DNA of 62,224 nt, the filler included. It is 12 parts of 12 records of this genome, joined end to end, with 100 filler letters (N's around TTAATTAATTAA, not from the genome) between each part and the next. Parts side by side here need not be neighbours in the genome. Positions count along the whole stretch, not along the records: positions 1 to 5,274 come from SRR15195285_2113; positions 5,375 to 10,338 come from SRR15195285_2121; 10 more parts are not named here. One strand, 5' to 3'. The translations under genes and the position numbers were made by a program. Positions 1 through 10,438 of this stretch are shown here, one piece after another (the first letter of the stretch is position 1; every line of letters begins with the position of its first letter). The notes below the pieces were generated by a model, which saw only the letters and a program-made list of their open reading frames with translations, did not search any database and had not been told where the DNA came from.

Positions 1-200
1 TTGCAAGGGCACTAGGCTCACAATATTGTATCAACACTGCAGGGGAAACTAATCATTGTCATCCGGGTCATTTGTAATTCACCCGACCGGCGGCTTGTGC
101 GAAAATTTCACACCAAAAATTGCTGAGCGCATTGCGCTGCTGGTGCTGCTGCTCACGTGGGAGAGGGAGAGCGCGAGCACTGCAGGGCACCAGAGCGCCT

Positions 201-1433
201 ATGGACGCTGCGGCGGAAGCACTGGGCCTGCAGCTCTCTGCAGCTAGCGCAGAGCTTCAGCGTGTCGCTGATGGTCTGCAGACACAGGTCAGTGCTCTGT
301 TGTGTTGTGACCCCGGCAGTGCCCTCGAAATTTGCCCGAGGCTGCGCCTACGCGCGCGTGCGCGCGCCCCACACTGAAACCAACGCTGCGCTGCAGTTTA
401 CTATGCGACACACGGAGCAAGACGGACTTGGCAAGTGCACTGCGTGCAGCCTCGATGCATTTGCCGACGCCAACGGCGACGCCCATATCCACCCGCTGCT
501 CGGCGTGCTTCTGTGCGAGCGCTGCTACGATCGCACCACGCGCAACTTCGAACTGGACGTGCGCAAGCATTTGCTAAAGCCAGCCCGTGGCGGCTGCTCT
601 TGGCTCGCTCGCGCGCACGTAACCCTGCCGGTCGCGCTTCTCGCTGACACCGCTCGGTCACCCGTGCATACATCTCACTCGGACAGGACGAAGGTTACGA
701 AATGCAGTGCCGATGGTGTGGCGTGGGCGGAGACCTCGTGGGCTGCGACGATTGCGTCAGTAGTTACTGTGAGAGCTGCATCGAGCGAAACCTGGGGAAG
801 GAGCACCTGGACAAAGTCAAGAAGTCAGACAGCTGGAGCTGCTGCTCGTGTGACCTGTCCGCAGTCACTTCGATGCGCTGGAGCAACGCTAAAGCAGGTG
901 GGACGGCCCCACCCCACACGGCGACCAACCCACTGGACTTGCTGGAGCGAATCAAAAGACTGCAGGCAGAGCTTCCGACACTTCAGGCAGATTGCGAACA
1001 GATCGCCGCGAAGAAGGTGGAGCTGCACGAGGCCACGACCACGACCATGGTGGCGAACAGACAAGCAATCACGTAAGTGGTCCGGTTCCTTTTCGACCGG
1101 CAGACCATTCCTCGTGGCTAAAGGCTTAGTGCTGGTCGATGCTGGCGCTGCAGTATGCTGCACCGCAGAGCGGGATTGCCGCATGCTGTCACTGAGCCCA
1201 CGGCAACCGTCGCGTAAGCACTGCGAACCGTGATCCATCGGTACCATTGTGGGCAAGTGCACCGAAATAGTCGCAGGTCGGGTCCCGCAGTGCTAGATGG
1301 AGAGGGGACATCGCCTGGTCGTGCAGCACTACGGAGTCCAGCTGGAAAGAGTTACCAGACAGATCACAAATTGAGCGAAGAGAGTCAAGGGAGTTCAGCG
1401 AGCGTGTTGCAAGGCCAACGTGACACTCACTGA
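201..1433 (+). CDS. Stand-alone ADD (ATRX-DNMT3-DNMT3L) zinc-finger protein, ~263 aa, 4 exons (201-287, 397-558, 687-1072, 1277-1433)
   Basis: Phase-consistent GT-AG introns join CTACS..HIHPLLGVLLCERC (GATA-like finger) to DEGYEMQCRWCGVGGDLVGCDDCVSSYCESCIERNLG..WSCCSCD (PHD-like finger), closely matching the ATRX ADD pattern. A short coiled coil and a stop at 1433 follow. Confidence 0.85.
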
Positions 1434-1697
1434 GGTGCACACGAAGACGGAAAAGTGGAGGGGCGCAGGGTAGAAGAACAAAGTGCCCTCGGTGGGGAGA
1501 CAACAGCGCGCGCGAGAGGCAGGGAGCAGATCAAATCAAAAGATCGAGCGGCGAATCTGTTCAGCTGTTGACATCACACGTGCTGCGATGTCTCAATTCA
1601 AATGACAGTTACCATCGGGACACGATTGTCTAGCAACACCAACACTGCGCTGTTTGAGGTTCGTGCATTCATTCCGAACACACACGCCACGGACATC

Positions 1698-2367
1698 TCA
1701 CTGCGCGTGAGCGTATGTTGCGCCATCCTTGGGTGGCAGCTGGATGACTCCCAGAATCGTCTGGTTTCCTCTCAGACATGTCTCTCTCATCCTCGTGGTT
1801 TTGTCACGAAGCAGGCCTCGAGGCACAGGATTGGGAGGTGGTAGCTCACTAGGGTCTAAGCGTGGGAAGGAGTCTCGATTTTCGGTCCTTGATAGCGGCT
1901 GCGAGTCTTCGTTCGGGTCTATTTCGAATGGTGGGGGTCTGTTCTGCTTGTGCCGCTTGTCCTGCACAGCAGCAAGCACACGGTGAGGGCGACGCAGACA
2001 CCCGAAGGCCAGTGTACTGGCAGTGGAAACTCACCACTCCAAAACACGTCGTGGCGTCCCAGTGCGACTCCACGTCTGTCAACGACGATGCAAACCAGTT
2101 GCCATGCTGGAAAGAGGTACGGCTGTTCGACCTGTCAGGAAGTGGACTAAGCATGCCAGCCCTTGATCCCGTCCTGCTGCGCCGCATTCCCGCTGGCTCC
2201 ACTGATCGGGATCGCGGTCTCTCCACCGGGCCGGCCCAGCCGCCCTTGTACATTGCTGGCACCCGGAAGACGCTCGGCGATTTTCGTCCCGCCCCTAGAC
2301 CTGCGCATCGTGCCTCCAATTCGATGATCGCAGCTCTATCGCCCTTGGGCTTCGCTTTCCATGCCAT
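1698..2367 (-). CDS. Hypothetical basic protein, probably 2 exons (MAWKAKPK... joined to ...DKRHKQNRPPPFEIDP...)
   Basis: ATG at 2367, an open frame, an acceptor-like GCTGTGCAG near 1962, and a second open frame to 1698. No recognisable domain; the splice donor is unresolved. Confidence 0.4.
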
Positions 2368-3081
2368 GGCAACAGCACACGCCAGTGCTCCGCTGAGTCC
2401 GCGGTGCAGCTTGCGCAAGCGTCCGGCACTCTCCTACCCAGTGCCCTGTGTCCTCACGCTTCCTTCATCCTCGTCGCTCCCTGCCACGCTCCGAGTGCCG
2501 CCGTGGTGAGCCGTGTCCCACCGCACTCGACACGGGTCCCGACGCCCCCGACCCCGTCCCAGTTTAGGGTTCCGTGTCGGCGGAAGCAGTTGAGAATCCC
2601 ATTCCCAATGCGGTGTGTACCCAGGTCGATTCTCAGTAGACAGTACAGAGTGTACACACGCTACTGTATAGTCGAAGTACCGTATTCGTACTCATAAATG
2701 GTACTATTGCCGGAAGTCTTACAAGTTACAGGGGAAAGAGCACTCGCTTCTCGCGGCGTCGCGGCCGCGAGGCAGGCATTCGAGGCGTTCGCGACGCACC
2801 GGCGCGTGCGCCCATCGCAACCCGGCGCGGGCCGGTTCATGCCATGGTTCATGCTGACCACTCGCGGACGCCGGAGCGAGCGAGGCACTGCGCACTCGCG
2901 CGCGCGCGCTCGTGTGCGGGTGAGTCGCGAGTGCGCGCGCATGAGTCGAATGAGGCACCTGGCACCAGTGTTCGAACCATAGAAGCGTACCCTGGGATAG
3001 ATCTCCTGCCCGTACTATTGATAGCTACTACCGCGCGATACACCACCTGGGGTACTAGTACCGTTACAGCTGTAGCCTCGG

Positions 3082-5109
3082 ATGATGAAGACGCGCGTGC
3101 TGCAGTCCTTGGCTGCGCTCTTGATCCTGCAGGTCAGGGCGACCGTCGCGTCCCACGCCACGGCGGAGGAGTTCAACGACGAGTTTTGCCAAGAGCGCCA
3201 CACGTTTTGCGGGGAAGAAGACGCGGACCGGGCGGAGGACGGGAGCTGTCCGTATGATGAGACACCGACGCCACCGGAGACACTCACCTTCCTGCACAAT
3301 GAGTGCGTGACTGCCGCTACGGACCCGGAGTACGATTTCCTCCCGGACCCCAATAGCGAGACGTACGCTGAGGTGTACGCTTCGCACCCAGAGCTGAGGA
3401 CGAATTCCATGCTTATGACCTGCACACCGGACGGTACGTTCAAGCAGGAGTACTTCTCCGACGAGGCGTGCACGGCGCGAGTCTCAGGGGCTGCCCTCGA
3501 CCGGGCCACGTCCGCGGTCTTCGATGCTGTACTCGCGGAAGACTTGGGCCCAGGCATTCTTACGACACGCTCCAGTTTCATGGAAGACTTGGAGACCGGC
3601 ATCAGCGAGAGCCCGGTCTGTTTTCCCTTAGCGAGGTTCACGGTGGATCAGGGCGCTCTCGCGCAGTATTTCATGCAACAGTACGGCATGGATGAGGCCA
3701 CGGCGACCCAAACAGCTGCCGACCAGGCTTCAACTCTCGAAGATATTGTGCCGGCGTACAACATGCGGTTCACATGCGATGCTGCAAGTTCATGCAGTCC
3801 AACGTCGTTGCTTACGCGTATCCACGAATTCCAGTCTGCGTGCTGCGACCAGCCCGGCGACGTCTGTGATGATGGTGGTATGCCAGAGCAGTGCTCAGCG
3901 CAGTGCGCAGATTCGTTCTTGGAATTCTACGCGGACTGTGCCCTAACAATGCTGGATCCAACTGGCATGTTCGGCGACGGTGCGTCCGACCTGATGGTGT
4001 CCTTCCGTAGCCTTGCGGAGAAGTGCGCAACAGAAAGCGGCGAGGATGGAGCTGCAACTTTCGTTGCAGACGGTCTGGAATTCTGCGTCAACGTGGCCGA
4101 AGGACAGCCAGCGACTCAAGACAGCGTAGGCTGGGGTGGTACTGCGGACCGTGCCGTGGATGGGAACGAGGACAGCGCATGGGGTGGCGACTCTTGCACG
4201 CACACCAACGCTGGCGATGGTAACACTGCATGGTGGCAGGTTGATCTCGGGTCAGTTCAACACATTCGGGCTGTCCAGCTCGTGAACCGTGCTGACTGCT
4301 GTGGCGACCGCATCAACGGTGCCCAGGTCGTTGTATCTCGCTCGGCAGACTACACGGAACGCGCGGCAACGGTCCAGTGTGGCACCGTTCACGATGCGGA
4401 AGAAGGTGACGTGATCGTCATGAGCTGCGGCGACGGGGACGCAGTGGGACGATATGTCACAGTCTTCAACGCTGAAAATCCGCTCCTATCACTCTGCGAG
4501 GTCGGTGTATTTGCGCAATGTGTCGACCAACCACCACCGCCACCACCGCCGCCTCTCGCGCACATCGAAGGCTGCGACAACCTCGCGACAACAGGTCGCG
4601 CGGTCGCGTCCCAATCATCGACGGGCTACGGGGGCGAAGCCAGCCGCGCAATTGATGGCACCCAGACTGCAGATTGGTCAGGCGACTCTTGCACGCACAC
4701 AGCTGGTGAACCTGGAGCTGAGAACTGGTGGCAAGTTGACATTGGCAACGTGCAAGACATTGGCAGTGTGCTTCTCACCAACCGTGCTGACTGCTGTGCC
4801 GATCGCATCAATGGTGCCCACGTTGTGGTAAGCCAGACCAGTGACTACTCTAGCGGCGTAGACTGCGGTACCATCGACGATGGTCAGGCTGGCGAGCAGA
4901 TTGCTGTAGAGTGCAGTGGAACGCGCGGCCGATACGTAACTGTCTACAACAACGAGTCTCCACATCTAACACTCTGCGAAGTTGAAGTTTACTCCCAGAC
5001 TGCCTGTGCGGTGGACGAGGGCGGAGTGCGACCACCGCCGCCGAAGTGTTGCAAGCGGGACGCCAGCTGTGATCCTCTCTGCAGTACACCAAGTGGCGGT
5101 GGCCACTGA
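3082..5109 (+). CDS. Secreted protein with a Cys-rich module and two F-type lectin (fucolectin, F5/8C-like) domains
   Basis: N-terminal signal-like peptide. Two domains of the form RAVDG..SCTHT..WWQVDLG..NRADCC(G/A)DR..GRYVTV..LCEV carry the F-lectin H...RxDxxxxR motif, separated by a poly-Pro linker. Confidence 0.88.
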   Translation: MMKTRVLQSLAALLILQVRATVASHATAEEFNDEFCQERHTFCGEEDADRAEDGSCPYDETPTPPETLTFLHNECVTAATDPEYDFLPDPNSETYAEVYASHPELRTNSMLMTCTPDGTFKQEYFSDEACTARVSGAALDRATSAVFDAVLAEDLGPGILTTRSSFMEDLETGISESPVCFPLARFTVDQGALAQYFMQQYGMDEATATQTAADQASTLEDIVPAYNMRFTCDAASSCSPTSLLTRIHEFQSACCDQPGDVCDDGGMPEQCSAQCADSFLEFYADCALTMLDPTGMFGDGASDLMVSFRSLAEKCATESGEDGAATFVADGLEFCVNVAEGQPATQDSVGWGGTADRAVDGNEDSAWGGDSCTHTNAGDGNTAWWQVDLGSVQHIRAVQLVNRADCCGDRINGAQVVVSRSADYTERAATVQCGTVHDAEEGDVIVMSCGDGDAVGRYVTVFNAENPLLSLCEVGVFAQCVDQPPPPPPPPLAHIEGCDNLATTGRAVASQSSTGYGGEASRAIDGTQTADWSGDSCTHTAGEPGAENWWQVDIGNVQDIGSVLLTNRADCCADRINGAHVVVSQTSDYSSGVDCGTIDDGQAGEQIAVECSGTRGRYVTVYNNESPHLTLCEVEVYSQTACAVDEGGVRPPPPKCCKRDASCDPLCSTPSGGGH

Positions 5110-5143
5110 GTGAACGGTCTCAAAGGGCGCAGTTACGTCTAGG

Positions 5144-5183
5144 TGTACATGAAGTTCATAAGTTGTACATGAAGTTCATAAGT
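5144..5183. repeat. Perfect 20-nt tandem duplication (TGTACATGAAGTTCATAAGT x2)
   Basis: Read directly; it lies just downstream of the lectin stop codon. Confidence 0.9.
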
Positions 5184-5274
5184 TGTGGCAACGGTTGCGT
5201 CAACCCTCCGTCATTATTTCCACAAGCCCATCCGCAGTGATCAATCGCTGCTGCTGTTGCTGCTGCTGCTGCTG

Positions 5275-5374
5275 NNNNNNNNNNNNNNNNNNNNNNNNNN
5301 NNNNNNNNNNNNNNNNNNTTAATTAATTAANNNNNNNNNNNNNNNNNNNNNNNNNNNNNNNNNNNNNNNNNNNN
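5275..5374. other. Artificial contig-joining linker N44-TTAATTAATTAA-N44 (first of 11)
   Basis: Identical 100-nt spacers with stops in all six frames also occur at 10339-10438, 15395-15494, 19368-19467, 24028-24127, 27716-27815, 31434-31533, 34971-35070, 47436-47535, 50890-50989 and 56620-56719. Confidence 0.98.
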
Positions 5375-5784
5375 CCCACCGCCACGAGACAGATCGCAGT
5401 TAGTACTCTACGCGCCGCCTAAAACCCCACTATCGCCCCTTGGGCATCCTCATTACAAATGCTAAGAGGGTGGTGCCGCAGTCAACATCCGGTATCTCCA
5501 TCCAATCGCGGAATTTTGCATACCACTTCTCCGACAAGTTTGATGCTCTCAAACGCTCGACTTGGGAGCGACAATCGGCAATTCCAACTGTCTGTCTGCA
5601 CATCGATGGACTCACGCAAGAATGGCAACTCTACCTTTGAGTACAAGCACACCGTTCTATTCGTTTGCTATATTGTTTTACACGTGGTTTTTTTGGGACA
5701 ATTTTCCCACAGTGATCTGTACTTTCGAACACAGCCACCTGAACGGACTACTGCTTTGTCAATAGGACGGAACACTGAGAGCCT

Positions 5785-8700
5785 TCATTGTGCTAGCTGA
5801 GCTCGCACGCGCTTAAACTTGACAATGAACTCCGGATAGATCTGATAGTCTCGAAAGCACACGAATTCGTTGTGGAGTTGTTGCTTTTGCCTAGCGACAC
5901 CACTTTCGGCAAAGATCGAGTCAAACGTAGCGCCCGCACCGCGCGGATCGCCTGGATTCAGAGGAGGGCGGCGCTCGTTTTCGTGAGTGGCGCCTGTGCA
6001 GAACGACGCGCCCATGGCAACACGACAATACAACATGCAATATTCGCCTTGGGCATTCGGTTGCCGCGCGTACTGGCTCGACTTGCACATCGCGTCAGCG
6101 AAGTAAGAGCCACCACCATACAGCCCCTTGAGATTCGCCATTCGCTCGTCAAAGCCAGTCTGAGCCAGGATCGCAGCCGTTTCATGTGCTGTCCCGTGCC
6201 ATAGCATGAACTCGTTAATTGACGGATCAAGAATGCGCTCTGCTGGAAGCATGTGAGCCACCTGTGCCTGCAACTGCTTGATGGAAGTGACCTGTTGGCG
6301 AAGCCGGTCTCGGAGGCTCTGCCTGAAGGTTTGGTAGCTGCGCCATAGGCTCATGTTCTCGACCCGATGAACGGCCGTAACTCTTGCGGTATGCGCACCA
6401 CATCCGTTGCACCTGAAGTGAACGCGCGCTGCGGCATTCGACGCGTCTATTGCTTGCTGAATCTTTGGAACCATGAACCTGCTGTTGTCCAAGATCGCAA
6501 CTGGAGCATCCGAGCTCTTGTTGCGCCAATATGCCGGCACATCCAGTTGCCACTCACTGTTCTCCAACGCCTTTCTTGCAGCTGCCTCCTCGACCTTTGC
6601 TCGGGTTGCCTGCGCCTGCGCTACTAGTGCAGCTTGCAGTGCTTGTTCTGCTGCTCGTCTGTCCTCAGCAGCTTGTCGACGCGCACGCTCTCGCTGCTCC
6701 TCAGCAACTCGCTCTGCACTTGCTGCCTGCGCCTGGGCCTGTGCTGCCTGTGCCATGGCCTGTTTCTCTGCCTCCTCTGCCCTGGCCTTGGCTGCTTCTA
6801 GAGCCGCTGCTTTCGAGGTCTCTACCCTGAGAGCCTCGGTCTTCGCCTGTTCTTGCACTTTCACCCGCTCCATCTCAGCGATCTCAAATGTCCGTGTCGC
6901 GTCGAGATAGAACTGGAACAAATCTTCATCTGCATGCTGGCAGATATCTTGATTCGTAAACGGTCGTGCTGCTCTTCCTGCAGAACTGTAACATCCAGAA
7001 CAAAAAACTTTACCTTTAAGTCGGGTGATCTTTTCAAATCTGCCACACTCTTTCCTCACATGCTGTGCAAAGCAGGGATTACACGTGAAGTGCTTCTCCT
7101 GGATCACGGAATTGCACAGCACGCCGTCGCTAGCGCGGCATGATTGTGAGCATTTGCAGCAGTAAAGCTGTGGTGGTGTCTGTGCTGCCTGCCGTGCCAT
7201 TTGTGGTGCTTGAAGGCTACCACACGGCGCGATGCGTTTAATTTGGCTGTCTGGGATCGGCTTTGTGTCCGGATATCCGTCGAACTGCAAGATGCATCCG
7301 CCCACAACTTCTTTCACTATCATAGCTAGCTTGAACTTGGACCGCGGATTGTACTGTGCGTAGACTCGTTTACCACCTGTCAGCTTCCGCAGCTCCGAGA
7401 CACAACCTTCATGAGCAACCAGATCTTGCCGCTGAAGCAATTTGAGACAGTACTGAAAGTCTTGCATAGCTTCAGCAGGACGCTCAAAGTACAGGTGAAG
7501 ACGTCCGCGATTGAAGTAACGGATTGGATCTGCAATTTCAAGCACACATCGTTTGTGAGTCAAAGTGAGCGACAATTTAGAGGCACTAACTATCCGATAC
7601 GAGGCCGCAGACAGTTTCGCACGTTTTCCAGGTACAATTGCCTTACTGTGATCCACGAACGCTTCCGCATACTTATGTTGTCCATTGTCGGACATGGCAT
7701 CGTAACATGTGCCACGCCAACTGCATACGAGAGCCTCGTCAGAACAGCCAGCCAGCAGCGCTTTGGAGAATGCTGCTGCTGCTTCGCCGAAGCGTTTGTG
7801 GTTGTACAGGCGTTGTCCATTCTGGAAGTGGTTTGCCGCTACTTCGCTGGTCGCATGTAAAGCGCGGGGCGATTCCTGTGGCCTGTCTTGGTTCTTAGCA
7901 TTCAGCTGAACGGATCGCTGCGCCGGTGCGCTGCGCGTCTGCACTTGTCCCTTCCGCTTTCCGAGAGTTTTTTTCTGGCGTGCATCTTTCTGCTCTTGTA
8001 CCTTTCTGTCGCTTTCGGCTTTCTCAAGTGCATTGCGTGCTTGCAGGTCAACGAATTTCCTATCGTCCATTAGCTTCGGACCATCTGCCTCCAGACGAGC
8101 ACGTAAGCGAGGCTGCCGTTTTGGTGAGGGCAGCGTTTGACTTGAACCCTTGGACATGTCTGAAGACGCTGACTTTGGCCGCACTTTCGTGGGTGTTCTC
8201 ATGGAGCTTGCCGTAGCCTCCGATGGCGTGAAAGATGATGTACCACTGGGCTCAGTAGTGATGCGGATGCTGAGGGGCGCCGTCTGCCTCTTTGGGCGCG
8301 GCTTTACAAGCTGCTTGGTCGTAGTGACCTCTCCTTCCTTGGTTTTATCTGGGTCCAAGTCACCGTCCGAGTCGTCCCCCACAGGGTCCATAGTGCAACC
8401 TTGATTCTGCGCAGCCACAGCTGGCTTGGCAGCAGCAGTAGTGGCGTCCTCGTTGTCGGAGTCAGTCAGTTCTAGATCATCCTCAAATTCGTCCAGGTCC
8501 AAGATGATAGGCCGAGGCTTCTTCGCCGCGACCATCATGCTCGGCCGGGCTTCCATCCACTCCTGCACGCAGGCAATTATTTCGCTCCCAATATCAGCAT
8601 CGATGTCTTGTGGAACACCATCCACACGTAGCAGCTCATCAAGAGTAACGACTGGATTTTCCGACAACGACCGCAGTGCAGCGTTGCCGATAACGTTAAA

Positions 8701-9492
8701 GGGGTACCGGCCAGTGCGCTCGCAGATGCGCTTCCTAGTCTCCAGCAGCGCGTTGTGGAGATCCCTTGTTCGGTCCCCAGCTTCAGGCTGCCTGTGCTGT
8801 GGCTTTTGCTTCTCCTGCACCTGCTCCGTACTTTGCTCTGGGTCCATCATTTCAACACTATCGCTCCTGGGCAGCTCGTCAGTCGAGTTTGTGTGGCCCC
8901 ACTCAGGAACTGTTGGAACGCTATCGCTCTTGGGCAACTCGCAGCTCATTTCTGTCTGACGAGCCACCGCGTCCCCTCTCCCTGTACGAGAAGGCGTGTC
9001 ACGAGTCGGCCGGCGGCCGGGCTTCACGCCGTTCCTTGCAGTGTACCACCACACTGCCGGCCGCAGCGCTTTGAGCGGAATGTTCTTCTCTGTGCCGCCC
9101 AATGTATACTTAACCGTGAAGCTATCACCAATTTCGTCGATGGCCTTGATCTGGCCTACGCCACCGTCCTTGGCAAAGCGGCGATCGACATCAACGTGAT
9201 CGCCGACTGCAAACGCCGGTGCTGCTGCGGCTGGTGTTTCTGCCATGTTCGGCTCGTCAACAGAGTCACAACGCGCAAGCGAGGGCACATCATCCTCATC
9301 AGAGTGCGGTGCCATGCTCTTAGCCAAGATCGGGCTGTCCGCCCTGTCTTTGGAGCGTTCTGTGACCTGCGGCTCTGCGTGCTTCCTTCTCCTCTTGTGC
9401 CTGTCGCCGTTCTTGTCCTGCGTGTTTCTCCTCTTTTCTCGCGGCTGGTCAGCCGCTCGGACCCCTTGCAGCGCGCCCTCTTGCCCCCACAT
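5785..9492 (-). CDS. Multidomain PARP: SH3/Tudor-like, HRDC, TPR, Tudor, RING-like, coiled coil, tankyrase-like PARP catalytic domain
   Basis: C-terminal motifs NEFMLWHGT..GFDERMANLKGLYGGGSYFADAMCKSSQY..YCRVAMG..HNEFVCFRDYQIYPEFIV give an H-Y-E triad. Also an HRDC-like LHNALLETRKRIC..PVVTLDELLRVDGV and a TPR YFNRG. Probable in-frame 93-nt intron at 7530-7622. Start uncertain (first ATG 9492; frame open to 9654). Confidence 0.88.
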   Translation of the reverse strand: MWGQEGALQGVRAADQPREKRRNTQDKNGDRHKRRRKHAEPQVTERSKDRADSPILAKSMAPHSDEDDVPSLARCDSVDEPNMAETPAAAAPAFAVGDHVDVDRRFAKDGGVGQIKAIDEIGDSFTVKYTLGGTEKNIPLKALRPAVWWYTARNGVKPGRRPTRDTPSRTGRGDAVARQTEMSCELPKSDSVPTVPEWGHTNSTDELPRSDSVEMMDPEQSTEQVQEKQKPQHRQPEAGDRTRDLHNALLETRKRICERTGRYPFNVIGNAALRSLSENPVVTLDELLRVDGVPQDIDADIGSEIIACVQEWMEARPSMMVAAKKPRPIILDLDEFEDDLELTDSDNEDATTAAAKPAVAAQNQGCTMDPVGDDSDGDLDPDKTKEGEVTTTKQLVKPRPKRQTAPLSIRITTEPSGTSSFTPSEATASSMRTPTKVRPKSASSDMSKGSSQTLPSPKRQPRLRARLEADGPKLMDDRKFVDLQARNALEKAESDRKVQEQKDARQKKTLGKRKGQVQTRSAPAQRSVQLNAKNQDRPQESPRALHATSEVAANHFQNGQRLYNHKRFGEAAAAFSKALLAGCSDEALVCSWRGTCYDAMSDNGQHKYAEAFVDHSKAIVPGKRAKLSAASYRIVSASKLSLTLTHKRCVLEIADPIRYFNRGRLHLYFERPAEAMQDFQYCLKLLQRQDLVAHEGCVSELRKLTGGKRVYAQYNPRSKFKLAMIVKEVVGGCILQFDGYPDTKPIPDSQIKRIAPCGSLQAPQMARQAAQTPPQLYCCKCSQSCRASDGVLCNSVIQEKHFTCNPCFAQHVRKECGRFEKITRLKGKVFCSGCYSSAGRAARPFTNQDICQHADEDLFQFYLDATRTFEIAEMERVKVQEQAKTEALRVETSKAAALEAAKARAEEAEKQAMAQAAQAQAQAASAERVAEEQRERARRQAAEDRRAAEQALQAALVAQAQATRAKVEEAAARKALENSEWQLDVPAYWRNKSSDAPVAILDNSRFMVPKIQQAIDASNAAARVHFRCNGCGAHTARVTAVHRVENMSLWRSYQTFRQSLRDRLRQQVTSIKQLQAQVAHMLPAERILDPSINEFMLWHGTAHETAAILAQTGFDERMANLKGLYGGGSYFADAMCKSSQYARQPNAQGEYCMLYCRVAMGASFCTGATHENERRPPLNPGDPRGAGATFDSIFAESGVARQKQQLHNEFVCFRDYQIYPEFIVKFKRVRAQLAQ

Positions 9493-10438
9493 GGAGCTGC
9501 GTGCGTTGACCCGATCGCGTGGCTGGGCCCTTCGCTGTTCGCCACCCGGGTGAGCAAAGAGCCGGGCTGCCTGACCCTGACCGACAGTCCCGAGGACCTC
9601 GCTCCGTCGTCCACGAGCACCCAACAACACACACACCTCTCCTTCCCGCGGCAATCCCCTACAGCACCCCCCACGGAGCTGCAGAAGCAGTGCAGTGCAG
9701 TCCAGCGCTTGCTGCCGCTTGCTGCCGCCGCCGCTGTCGCGAGAGAGCGCCGCCGCCGCGTCTGCGTGCCGGGTGCCGCGCTCTCTGCTGTCTGCGTGTC
9801 GCCCCGCCGGCGCCGCCGTTGGCTGCTTCGACTGCTGCTCCGGACCTGCTCACGACCTCCGCGGTGGGTTCGAGCGTTCAATCAGAAAATTCGACGAGCA
9901 AGGAAATTCCTTGGTTCGATTGGTTGTCGGTCATAAGGACCTCCGTGGTACATCCGCTACTCTATTATAGAACTCCATCCGGATCGAGAGATCTACGGAG
10001 GTGGTTGCCGACATCCGGTAGTACCGACGACCACTTACCGGTATTGTTATTCGCCGGGTTCTCTAGCTAGAATACGGTACAGTGCAAGTTGTACGGTACA
10101 GGTGTATTTACATATTTCATGCCCCAATTTTCTCGCGTAACTTGCGCGCAACGGCGCCGTTTCTGGAGCCGTTTCTTGCTAATGGCATGGTCGGTGGGGG
10201 GTGGGGACTGTCCCCATTTCCACCATTTCGTATTGATTCCCGAGTACAGGAATCCAATACTGCATTTCGTACAGATAGAACCTAGGCACGCGGGCGGGAC
10301 TAGTAGAAGAGGGCGGTGTCTGGCTGCGCCAGAACCCCNNNNNNNNNNNNNNNNNNNNNNNNNNNNNNNNNNNNNNNNNNNNTTAATTAATTAANNNNNN
10401 NNNNNNNNNNNNNNNNNNNNNNNNNNNNNNNNNNNNNN

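Noticed and set aside
157..1233. 358-aa ORF as a single CDS
   Set aside because: Only 397-558 is coding in this frame. The rest reads through introns and off-frame exons of the ADD gene.
2560..2572. TTTAGGG telomere-like heptamer (also near 17044 and 35295)
   Set aside because: Single isolated copies, expected by chance.
5375..5640. Possible 3' end of a plus-strand gene (..HIDGLTQEWQLYL*)
   Set aside because: Too short, truncated by the contig edge and without a motif.
9860..9925. GGTTCGA motifs suggesting a tRNA or SINE B-box
   Set aside because: No cloverleaf, no A-box and no complete T-stem.
8755..9936. Long antisense or alternative-frame ORFs (also 57265-58368, 18436-19212, 52275-53063)
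   Set aside because: These are shadows of GC-rich coding sequence with no recognisable motifs.
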